Shown here: piece after piece, positions 25,877-35,518 of the stretch
Layout of the letters: each line of letters starts with the position of its first letter
Position numbering within the stretch: position 1 is the first letter of the stretch
Assembly: GCF_004010195.1 (NCBI RefSeq)
Contig: NC_057718.1
Span: forward strand, 22,206,026-22,270,025
Source of the DNA: Chiloscyllium plagiosum
Lineage: Eukaryota
Direction of reading: 5' to 3'
Length of the DNA stretch: 64,000 nt
The notes under the pieces: model-generated
What the model saw: only the letters and a program-made list of their open reading frames with translations
What the model was told of the DNA's origin: nothing
The model's database searches: none
Program-made: the position numbers and the translations under genes

Positions 25877-26188
25877 TTTGATGAAACCATTACAATTGTA
25901 AAACCTCAGGAAGAGGTATCCTCTGTGTCTAGAGTTTAGTCACACATTATAAAGAATGTTTGAAAACATTGTGATTCTGATTCAAAATACATTGACTTTG
26001 TCAGCCACTTGGTGATTGGTAGTAACCCTGTCAAAGTAATTGTGTTGGAGGGTTTGCAGCTTCTGACAGAAGCTCAGTTTACTGAGGGATTAGCAAAGTA
26101 TTGTTAGAGTTCATGTGGCAGTCCATTACAAAACATGACTCTTGTGTGTCCCCTTTTGGCTTTTCAGCATTACCATTACATTGCAGTG

Positions 26189-26384
26189 AGAGAAAGTGAG
26201 GGCTGCAGATGCTGGAGATCAGAGCTGAAAATGTGTTGCTGGAAAAGCGCAGCAGATCAGGCAGCATCCAAGGAACAGGAGAATCGACGTTTCGGGCATA
26301 GAAGGGCTTATGCCCGAAATGTCGATTCTCCTGTTCCTTGGATGCTGCCTGACCTGCTGCGCTTTTCCAGCAACACATTTTCAG
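26189..26384. mobile_element. Self-inverted Penelope terminal-repeat element, 15-bp TSD
   Basis: 77-bp arms at 26224-26300 and 26309-26385 with an 8-nt spacer. TSD cattacattgcagtg at 26174-26188 and 26385-26399. Confidence 0.9.
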
Positions 26385-26403
26385 CATTACATTGCAGTGC
26401 AAA

Positions 26404-26654
26404 GTTAAAAATCACACAACACCAGGCTATAGTCCAACAGGTTTACATGGAAGCACTGGCTTTTGGAGTGCTGCTCCTTCATTATGTGGTTGTGGAGGTT
26501 AAGATCATGTTCACAGAAGTTATAGCCAAAGGAGTCCAATGTCATGGAGATGTGATACAGTAAACAATCTTAGATTAAATTTTTTATCTTTTATAATGGG
26601 ATATGCTGGTTTCTGTTCTTTGTCCACCCCAATCCAACGCCAGCCCCTCCAAGT
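26404..26654 (-). mobile_element. Second Penelope-like family terminal fragment with an inverted end piece, 14-bp TSD
   Basis: aagttaaaaatcacacaacaccagg.tatagtccaacagg matches 29794-29835. The last ~38 bp (ctttgtccacccc..) are in the opposite orientation. TSD cattgc[a/g]gtgcaaa at 26390-26403 and 26655-26668. Confidence 0.78.
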
Positions 26655-27540
26655 CATTGCGGTGCAAAACATGTTGCTGATATACTCTTAAGCATGAGTA
26701 TCAAGTACATCATTGTATTGGTAAGACTGAGACATGGGCTGTATCATTGCAGCTCAAGGAGAAAGGAAATGTACATTTGGCATATTTTTCAGCTCCATTC
26801 ATCAGCTTATGCTGAGAAAAAAACCCCAGAAGTATTGATAATTGTGTTAAAATAATGACTCCCTTCTTTAAGAATACTGGAAGGCCTCAGTTTAATTTCA
26901 ATACAATTCCTGATATCTGGGTAGCATGGAATATCAGTTAACCATGTATAGTTATGTTTGTTGTTTTGCTACTGAGAAAATGTCATGCTTCAAGCTAAGG
27001 TTGTGTGGGATCGTGTTCAAATAACAACCAAAATCAGTGAATGGTGAAAATAGCCTCTGTATTAGCAATCACAGCACAAGGGTGAGGCGGCATTACAATC
27101 CTGAAATACATATCTTACAAGAGTCCCTTTACACAGTTCGTACATATGTTAAAATTCCGTTCTATAGTACACAAAGGTTTGAAGGGCTTCTGTCCTGGGA
27201 TACAAGAGATGGGTTAAAACATGTGCTAAATGCTGGCTGTTACTTCTGATGGGATTAAGGGTGTCTCTCTGGTTTGCTTGCATAATCAAGAGGTGTCAGT
27301 TATATTGGTCTTTTAAATTAGTGAATTTTAGTAAAAATGCTGGCCTATATGCTCTAAAAATGTTAGAAATCGTAATAAAAGAATAAGGTATACTATACTG
27401 AATACTGCAGCTGCGTGGTGAGACTATATTTACCTGTATGAGTTTCATTCATTTATGCAATTTCATGCAAGTGCTGTTTTGTCAGTTAGTTTCTAAAAGG
27501 GATAATGGCCCAGTTAAAAGGTATTTAACAGGTACTTAAT

Positions 27541-27666
27541 CCTGCATTCCTGATGAAGGGCTTTTGCCCGAAACGTCGATTTTCCTACTCGTCGGATGCT
27601 GCCTGACCTGCTGTACTTTTCCAATCTAAACTCTGGTTTCCAGCACCTGCAGTCCTCACTTTTGCC
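27541..27666 (+). mobile_element. 126-bp Penelope terminal-repeat insertion, 12-bp TSD
   Basis: TSD caggtacttaat at 27529-27540 and 27667-27678. Body is homologous to 4238-4368. Confidence 0.9.
27546..27581 (+). ncRNA. Minimal type I hammerhead ribozyme motif
   Basis: ATTC-CTGATGA-A-GGGC-TTTT-GCCC-GAAA-CG-TC-GATT, with canonical CUGAUGA and GAAA boxes and a GUC triplet. Confidence 0.68.
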
Positions 27667-27974
27667 CAGGTACTTAATGTCATCAGGTCCAGGAGATGGT
27701 TGGTAAGGGCTGATTAATATTTTAATGTCTTAAGGAGACTTGATAGGGATGCTATTGTTCTGTATGCTGAGGTAAAGACTGCTTGATAAGGTTTGGGAAT
27801 GCAGTGATGGGTTTGAAAGGTTTGTTTTTAAATTTGGATATTATAGAACTACGTTTTTATGAATGAATTAAAGTTATAGTAAATAACAGGTTAGTAAAGG
27901 GTTATGAATGAATGACCAGGAACCAGGTATTAATGAGTATAACGAGCTGGTGAGTGAGTTAATAAATATAGCAT

Positions 27975-28260
27975 ACAACACAATATCTCACAGTTGTAAA
28001 AGAGGTAATAAGTATTAATGATACCACAAAATTATGGCAATATTTACATGGCATCATCAGTGTAATAAAGTACTTCTGCCATGAGCTAAATTTTAAAGAG
28101 TATCTTTCAAGTGGTGAGTGAGGCAGGAGGTTGGAGAGAATGGACAAAATGCCAAAGCATAGGGAATAAACCCCCAGTTGAAGGTATGGCTGCTGATGGA
28201 ATGATGAAAATTGGGGATGCTCAAGAGGCTAGATTAGAGGAATGCAGAGATCTCAGATGT
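27975..28260 (-). mobile_element. L2 LINE 3' remnant
   Basis: cagttgaaggtatggctgctgatgg..aaaattggggatgctcaagaggctagattagaggaatgcagagatctc resembles 61840-61920. Confidence 0.55.
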
Positions 28261-28307
28261 CTGTTGTTGAGAACACATATTTATGGATTATGAGAATTGG
28301 AATATGG

Positions 28308-28915
28308 TTCTCTTTATTCATTCACAGGATGAGGATATCAATGGCTAGGCCAGTGAGCATTTATTAGGCAAAAGTGGGTTCTGCAGATGCTGAAGATTAG
28401 AGTCAAGATTAGAGTAGTGTTGGAAAAGCACAGCTCTCAGCTACCTTTCCCCCAGCCCCACCTGCCTCCCATTTGTCTCTCTATCCTCGAGGTGCTCAGT
28501 CTCATTCCTGTTGAAGTGCTTTTGCGTGAAACGTCGATTCTCCTGCTCCTCAGATGCTGCCTGACCTGCTGTGCTTTTCCAGCACTACTCTAATCTTGAC
28601 AGTGAGCATTTATTGCTCATCCCTAATTGCCCAGAGGGTGGTTCAGAGTCTCCAGTGATCTGGAGACAGATATGGACCAGACGAAATAAGGATGAGAACT
28701 TGCTTCCCTAAAGGGCATTACTGAACAAGATGAATTTTTCTGACAATTGACAAAGGATTCGTGGTCATCATTAGACGGTTAGTTGCAGATATTCTTTCCT
28801 TGTTGAATTCAAATTGTACCATCTGCCATTGTGGGATTTGAATCCATATCACCAGAATATTATCTGGGTCTCTGGATTAACAGTCCAACGATCATACTAC
28901 TAGGCCGTCTTCTCC
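28308..28915 (-). mobile_element. tRNA-derived SINE (non-HE1) with a LINE-derived tail, interrupted by a PLE insertion
   Basis: Reverse complement: ggcctagtagtatgatcgttggact head, ggattcaaatcccac B box, taatgccctttagggaag core and gggcaattagggatgagcaataaatg tail. Confidence 0.78.
28366..28599. mobile_element. Penelope terminal fragment with inverted end, 15-bp TSD, degenerate hammerhead
   Basis: TSD cagtgagcatttatt at 28351-28365 and 28600-28614. Arms at ~28402-28434 and 28568-28600. Motif reads attcctgttgaagtgcttttgcgtgaaacgtcg. Confidence 0.88.
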
Positions 28916-29082
28916 AAGTTGGGACATAATTTATTGAAAATGATTTATCATATGAATGCTTAGTGGTAGAAAGTCAAAATGTTGAAGGAGGCTGTGGTTT
29001 ATCTGCTGTTTACCAAAAAACCGAAGGGAGTTTGAAAAGCAATAACCATCGAAGACTTTTGAGAGAGATAAAATCTGTTGAA

Positions 29083-29422
29083 AGGCAGCACGGTGGCTCA
29101 ATGGTTAGCACTGCTGCCTCACAGCATCAGGGACCTGAGTTTGATTCCAGCCTCAGGCAACTGTCGGTGTGGAGTTTGCACATTCTCCCTGTCCCTGCAT
29201 GAGTTTCCTCTGAATGCTCTGGTTTCCTCTCTCAGTCCAAAGATGTGCAGGTTAGGTGAATTGGCCATGCTAAATTGACCATAGGGTTCAGGGATGTGTA
29301 GGTTAAGTGCATTAGTCAGGGGTAAATATAGGATAGGGGAATGGGTCTGGGTGGGTTACTCTTTGGAGGGTTAGTGTGGACTTGTTGGGCCAAAGGGCCT
29401 ATTTCCATACTGTAGGGATTCT
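29083..29422 (+). mobile_element. HE1-type V-SINE, full length
   Basis: ggcagcacggtggctcaatggttagc head through ccatactgtagggattct. Confidence 0.92.
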
Positions 29423-29614
29423 GAGATAAGGGTGGAGTTTTATTGTTGAGCAAGTGGACTTAGAAGACCCTAATAGATTTATGCTGTGGTTGGCAGTAGC
29501 AGTCTCTTGACCGAAGTGATGTGAATTTATTCAATACACACCTGGAAGCTGTGGGCAGTTGCTGGAGATGATTCAAGAATGCAATACTGCCTCGTCCAGT
29601 CATTAAGAGTCAGA

Positions 29615-29707
29615 AACAAAAACAGAAATTGCTGGAAAAGCTCAACAGGTCTGTCAGCGTCTGTGAAGAGAAATTGGAATTACCATTTTTAGTCTGGTGA
29701 CCATTCC
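29615..29707 (-). mobile_element. Penelope terminal-repeat fragment, 15-bp TSD (1 mismatch)
   Basis: tcattaagag[t/a]caga at 29600-29614 and 29708-29722. Body matches 2857 and 56860. Confidence 0.8.
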
Positions 29708-29756
29708 TCATTAAGAGACAGAGTTTATTCAGCACTCTCTCTGTCCATCTCAGTGA

Positions 29757-30364
29757 AGATGTGGAGATATCGGTGTTGGACTGGGGTGGACAAAGTCAAA
29801 AATCGTATGGCACCAAGTTATAGTCCAACAGGTTTATTTGAAACCCCAAGCTTTCAGAGCATCCGCTCCTTTGTCAGGCAGTGAGTGAGAGAGAATACAT
29901 TGGGCACAGAATTTATAAGTAAAAGAACAAGGGGTCATACAATTTATGCGAATATATTGAAAAACAGAAATAACGATTAAGTCTTTAATCAGTTAGAATG
30001 GAGGTGCAGGTTTTGATTGATTAGTATGTAAATTCCAGAATTTCTTTCATGTCACTGTTCCAAGATAACTTTAGGTTTTTTCAGAATAAAGATAACACCT
30101 CAGGTCAAACAATGTAATTTAGGTGTGAGGCCATGTTTAAAGTCTGCTTGTGTCTGTCAGACTAGTTTTATTTCCAAAGTAGGAATTTATAAAATACCAC
30201 ATTAACTATCTACAGATTGTGTGCTTTTTGAACAAAATAGAATGTATCTGCAAATATTTTGTTGAAAAAGCACAAAACCTGTAGACAACGTGGCATTTTC
30301 TAAATTCCTACTTTGGAAATAAAACCAGTCTATCAGACACAAAAGGATGTGAAACATGGCCTCA
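29757..30364 (-). mobile_element. Penelope-like 3' region (second family) ending in a ~115-bp fold-back
   Basis: ggtgttggactggggtggacaaagt..tatagtccaacaggtttatt. Degenerate hammerhead on the reverse complement: cctgacaaaggagcggatgctctgaaagctt. 30126-30239 is inverted at ~30255-30364. Confidence 0.75.
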
Positions 30365-30488
30365 TGGAAGAATACAGTTTATTGTTGATAACAGGTTTGA
30401 CACTTACTTGTAGAATACATTTCTCTGTGATGGACTTATTATTCTTGAGGTTATTGAAAAGCTTAGTGAAAGTCTCTTTTGTTCTAGT

Positions 30489-30913
30489 GGGGTGGCACAG
30501 TGGCTCAGTGGTTAGCATTGCTGCCTCATGGTGGCAGAGTGGTTAGCACTGCTGCCTCACATTGCATGGGTCCCAGGTTTTATTCCAGGAGAAAGTGAGG
30601 ACTGCAAATGCTGAAGATCAGAGTTGAGAGTTTGGTGCTGGAAAAGCACAGCAGGTCAGGCAGCATCCGAGGAACAGGAGAATTGACGTTTCGGACATAA
30701 GCCCTTCATCAGCCCCTCAACCTTGGGCAACTGTCTATGTGGAGCTTGCATGCTCTCCCCCCATCTGGGTGCTCTGGTTTCTTCCCACAATCCAAAAAGG
30801 TACAGGCTCGGTGGATTAGCCATGGTAAATGGGGGAGGGTGGGTGTAGGTGGGCAGCTTTTTAGAGGATCAGTGTGGGCAGAATGGCCTGCTTCCACACT
30901 GTAGGGATTCTGT
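30489..30913 (+). mobile_element. HE1-type SINE with duplicated head, interrupted by a PLE fragment
   Basis: gtggttagca[t/c]tgctgcctca occurs twice (~30508 and ~30539). The SINE resumes at ccttgggcaactgtct, 30721. Confidence 0.85.
30588..30712 (-). mobile_element. Penelope terminal-repeat fragment ending at the hammerhead core
   Basis: ggagaaagtgaggactgc..gacgtttcggacataagcccttcatcag (reverse complement CTGATGA..GAAACGTC). Confidence 0.85.
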
Positions 30914-31709
30914 GAAAAACAAATTAGCCATTTTTGGTCATCAAACAAGATATTTGCATTTTGGTATAGCTCCTAGATTAGTGGGGCTTTTCCTCCAGTA
31001 CATTCCTCCTGTCAGAGTTATAATGTTAGATAGTTCCAGAAAAAAAAGAGGAACAAAGCAATGGAAGAAAGTAAAAGAAGGATGGGACTTTTAAACTTCC
31101 TCGACAGAAATCAAGTCAGCAAGCATAGGGTCAATAGACAAATTGGACTTCTTGTGATTTAGAATCATTAGCAATTCTGGATGAACTCAAATTTAGTCAG
31201 CGTGAAGCACACTGCTGGAATTGGATGACATTAACAGTGTAAAATAATCATTTAAATAAACGTGTTAAGTTTATCGACTTCAACTGTGGTGCATCAATGC
31301 AAGGACTGAAACAATCAGTGTCATTGTGTGAAAAGAATTCTCACCTGTGTTTTAAACAAACAAGTACAGCCCCATTGCTTCTCATCCTATTTTACAAGAT
31401 GATTTTGATCAGGACTCTGCTATGTCTTGTACCATAAACTAGTAATTGCTTTGGCTCAGATCTGTCTCTCAGAAGAATGCTAAATAATGTAGCTTGAATT
31501 GCATGGATTTTATGGGTGATACGAACCCAGACAAGAACACTACCTGAATATAGATTACATATTGCATTTGAGGTGCTCAAATGCTAGTCAGAGACCTTTG
31601 CAAAAAGATAATTTTATTATATTTCCACAAAATCCATACAACTCAAGTGATACACTGAATATTTTACTTCTTGATTTTCCTAATTTATTCCTATGACCTA
31701 CAATGCATT

Positions 31710-32520
31710 AGGAGGTGGAGAAATCAATGTTTCAAGTATAACCTTTCTTCAGAAATGGAGGTGGGGGGTAGGGGGAGCTGCAGATAAAGGAGGCAGGAAG
31801 GGTTTTGGGTGCGGACAAGGGTAGAATAGTGAGGTAGTGATAGGTGAACACAGATGGTGGGTACGACCTGGTTGGTCGATGGGAGGGATGAATCCTGTTG
31901 TTAACTGGAAGGAATGCAAGGGAGGAGGTGAATCTGGAAAGGGAGTCAGGGGAAGGGAAGGAAAGATTAATAAGGTTGTTGAGTCCTCCAGGCTCTAGGC
32001 TCTCCAGGCAGAAGATAAGCTGTTGTTCCTCTAATTTGGGGTCTGATTCACTGTGGCAATGGAGGAGGCTGAGGATGGACATGTTGGAGTGGGAGTGGGA
32101 AGGGGAATTGAAATGGGCAGTGATCGGGAGATCAGGCTGGCCCTTAAGGGTCCGGCTGAGATGCTCGGCGAAATGTTCCCTAAGTTTACTTTTGGTCTCA
32201 CCGATGTAGAAAAGACCACATCCACAGCATCGGATGCTGTAAACTGGTTTGGAGGAGAGGCAGATGAACCTATGTTTCACCTGGAAGGGTTGTTTGGGGC
32301 CCTGGATGGAGATGGTATGGAGACTGGGGGGATTAGTGGGGAGAATAGTGTGAACCAAGGAGTGATGAAGGGAACAGCCCTCGTGGAAGGCAGAGAGGGG
32401 TGGGGAGGGGAAGATTTCTGGGTGGTGGGGTCTAATTGGAGTTGGCAGAAGTGGATGTGGTGTGGAAAGTGAGGGATAAGGGAGACCCTGTATTTGTTAT
32501 GTTTGTGGGGGGGGGGGGGG
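31710..32520 (-). mobile_element. Penelope-like element, GIY-YIG endonuclease 3' part (left arm of an inverted pair)
   Basis: ORF 31732-32358 reads FQVKHRFICLSSKPVYSIRCCGCGLFYIGETKSKLREHFAEH, the PLE VY-CxxC-YIG motif. Confidence 0.92.
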
Positions 32521-33546
32521 CAGGAAAGCCGACCTATTCACACACAAACAGCATGCTTTTCCCCTATTTGTTATCCAGATAGTCCTCCACCATACTTCCT
32601 CCATTCCCTGCTCCACTGCTTTAACCAGCCCACCTTCTAAACATAATAAAGACAGGATTCCAGTTTGTTCTTACTTTCCACCCCACTAGTCTCTGTATCC
32701 AACATATCACCCTTAAACACTTCCGCCAACTCCAATTAGACCCCACCATCCAGAATATGCCCCACGATTCTCTACCTTATGCAAGAACCATTCTCTTCGC
32801 CAATCCTTGGTCTATGCCACTCTCTCCAACCCTTCAATCCCCCCAGTACTTTCTGCATAAAAGTTGGAAAACCTGCCGGTACACCACCTCCCTCACCTCC
32901 ATCCAGGGCTCCAAACAGTCCTTCCAGGTGAGTCAGAGGTTTACCTGCCTCTCCTCCAACCTAGTTTACTGCATCAGGTGGTCCCAATGTGGTCTTCACT
33001 ACATTGGTGAGACCAAACGTAAACTTAGGGAACATTTTACCAAGCATCTCAGCCGGGCCCTTAAGGGCCAGCCTGATCTCCCGGTCACTGACCACTTTAA
33101 TTCCCCTTCGCACTCCCTCTTCGACATGTCCATCCTTGGTCTCCTCCATTGCCACAGTAAAGCAGACTACAAATTAGAAGAACAACACCTTATCTTTCAC
33201 CTGGGCTCCAAAGGACTCAACATTGAGTTCTTCAATTTCAAATAACCTTCCCACCCATTCCCCAAGTCTGTTTCCAGTCCTTCCTCCTACTTTCCATTCC
33301 ACCTACCGACCCTTTCTTCCAGTTGCCAACCAGATTCGTTCCTCCCATCAACCAACCAGGTCATACCAACTACCTGTGTTCACGTATTACTACCTTACTA
33401 TTCCACCCCTCTCCCTACCTGAAATCCTTTTCCCTCTCTTGATCTGCAGCTCCCCCTAGCCCCACCTCCATTCCTGAGGAAGGGTTACACCTGAAACTTC
33501 TCTACCCCTGATGTTGCCTGGCTTGCGGAGTTCTTCCAGCTGCTTG
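32521..33546 (+). mobile_element. Penelope-like element, RT thumb remnant plus GIY-YIG endonuclease and 3' UTR (right arm)
   Basis: ORF 32757-33245 reads FTCLSSNLVYCIRWSQCGLHYIGETKRKLREHF..LEEQHLIFHLG..GLNIEF. Hammerhead remnant cctgaggaagggttacacctgaaac at ~33473. Confidence 0.92.
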
Positions 33547-33579
33547 CTAGAATGCATTTAATGACAGATCATTTAAGGG

Positions 33580-33975
33580 TTCTATCCTTGGGAATGAGAG
33601 GATAATGTAATGGAGGGATGAGTTCAATTTCCCAACATTAAAGGGTGAAGGGTGACCTGAAATCATGACAGGCAGTGATGGAATGGTAGTTGAAGTCTTT
33701 TTTTCCAGCAAGTATCAATTATGACAGGACATAGGTTTAAGGTAAAAGGGGCTAAGTTTGAAGAAGATGCAAGAGGCAAGATGTTTACACAGAGATTGGT
33801 TAGTTCCTCAAATGGGCTGCCAGAGGAGGTGTTGGAGGCAGATGAAGGGCTTTTGCCTGAAACGTCAATTCTCCTGCTCCTCTGATGCTGTCCTCTTCCA
33901 GCACCACACTCTCAATGCAGATGCAACAGCAATGTTTAAGAGGCGTCTCGACAGAATAGGACGAGAAGCTTGGCG
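33580..33975 (+). mobile_element. Old CR1 3' fragment containing a ~75-bp PLE piece (33840-33915)
   Basis: ggacataggtttaaggtaaaagggg..ctgccagaggaggtgttggaggca[gatgaagggcttttgcctgaaacgtcaattctcc..]gcagatgcaacagcaatgtttaagagg. Confidence 0.72.
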
Positions 33976-34119
33976 AGGCTGATGTCACCGTTGAGAATAT
34001 CTCACTCCATGTTATATGCTTTTGACAAGTAGTGAGGCAAGTTTCTCACTAGGCAACAGTGATTCATCAATTAAAGGGGATTACTGTTTGTTAAATGCCT
34101 TGTAAATGGCCCAGCTCAC

Positions 34120-34680
34120 CTCATTCATATTCAGCTTTCTATGTTACCAAATGAGCCAAGCAAGCTGGATGTTGAGAAAACTCGATAAGCAAACCAGAGC
34201 GGGTACCTGGCAAATACTGCTGGCTGCTTGCTCCAAAGGACTACCACGTGGTGGAGGATGAAACAGCATCCCAGGCACGATGCAGTGTCAGGCATCTATC
34301 ATCCACAGACATTGGTATCCGGCATTTACCAACTGCTTATAACCATCATGACAGGTCAAAGCAGTGGCACTTATGTAACTACTGTAAAGTAATGCACTGT
34401 GAATTGTCACCAGAGTACAAGGTATGGTCAGTGGGTTTTCTCCCTTCTCATTCATATTCAGCTTTCTATGTTACCAAATGAGCCAAGCAAGCTGGATGTT
34501 GAGAAAACTCGAAAAGCAAAACAGAGCGGGTACCTAGCAAATACTGCTGGCTGCTTGCTCCAAAGGACTACCACGTGGTGGAGGATGAAACAGCATCCCA
34601 GGCACGATGCAGTGTCAGGCATCTATCATCCACAGACATTGGTATCCGGCATTTACCAACTGCTTATAACCATCATGACA
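34120..34680 (+). repeat. 234-bp direct duplication separated by a 95-bp copy of downstream sequence
   Basis: 34120-34353 vs 34447-34680 (3 mismatches); 34353-34447 vs 35609-35703 (1 mismatch). Confidence 0.95.
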
Positions 34681-34864
34681 CCTTTTTGATTCACTTGCAG
34701 GCTGCCCAGGCAGACATTGCTGATCACCTCATTCACATCAATAATTTAAGACACAGAGACCAGAACCCAGCCAAAGGTGCGAGCAGGACTCATTGCCCTC
34801 TATGTACCTCATTCATCTTATTTCCAGATGCTGCAGCAGGGTCTTACATGGTTATCAATCCATG

Positions 34865-35518
34865 TGTTATGGACCAGGCCAGACCCCCTCAAAACATTTC
34901 AAGAAAGTAGCCCAGACCCTAACTTTGCTAGTTGTTTTAAGCAGGTGTACAGTGGATATTCCAGGAGTGATGCAGCTGATCAAACCACTTAGTTTTAAAC
35001 ATAACAATTTATTTACAAGATTACCAAATGAAGCACACACAAAAGAGACTAGAATATAGAATAACTTAACCTATCCAAAAACCCAACAGATCATCCTAAC
35101 TTAATGATGCTGCTCAAAATACTTGCAACAAACCCCATAAACACTCCTTGGCAAAAACGAAAAATCAAACATGGTCTTACAGGAGAGATATCAGAGACAT
35201 GGAGGATCAGCATAGACCTGCTTCTTTGGGTCCACCAGCTTCACAACTGACTGACTGCTTTCAGTGAACAGCCAGACTGCTAAAACCTAAAACCAAACCA
35301 AACCAAAGCAGAGTAAAGCTGAACTGAGAGAACTGGCCACTCCCCTTTCATTGTGCATGTATTTTTTTTAAACCTGAAAGCCTTTTGTCTGAGGCAGTAT
35401 CAATTAGCTCTAATCAAACTGGCCCTGAAATCCTTCAAAACTAGACTTTGTAGTTTTGTAACCTCTCTGAAAAAAAAGCCAAGGGCAGCATAACCTTGTT
35501 AAAGGACCTGCTTTAACA
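34865..35518 (-). mobile_element. Solo LTR (same family as 8691-9337), 4-bp TSD
   Basis: tgttatggaccaggccagacc ... ctttaaca, flanked by catg (34861-34864) and cata (35519-35522). Confidence 0.75.

Noticed and set aside
26189..26384. Classification of the self-inverted elements as DNA-transposon MITEs
   Set aside because: The arms are PLE terminal sequence, the inversions are asymmetric and TSD length varies (11-15 bp), unlike the fixed TSDs of DDE transposons.
31732..33245. GIY-YIG ORFs as a domesticated nuclease gene
   Set aside because: They lack the RT, have substitutions in conserved Cys/Arg positions, have no supportable start or splice context, and lie inside a TSD-bounded insertion.
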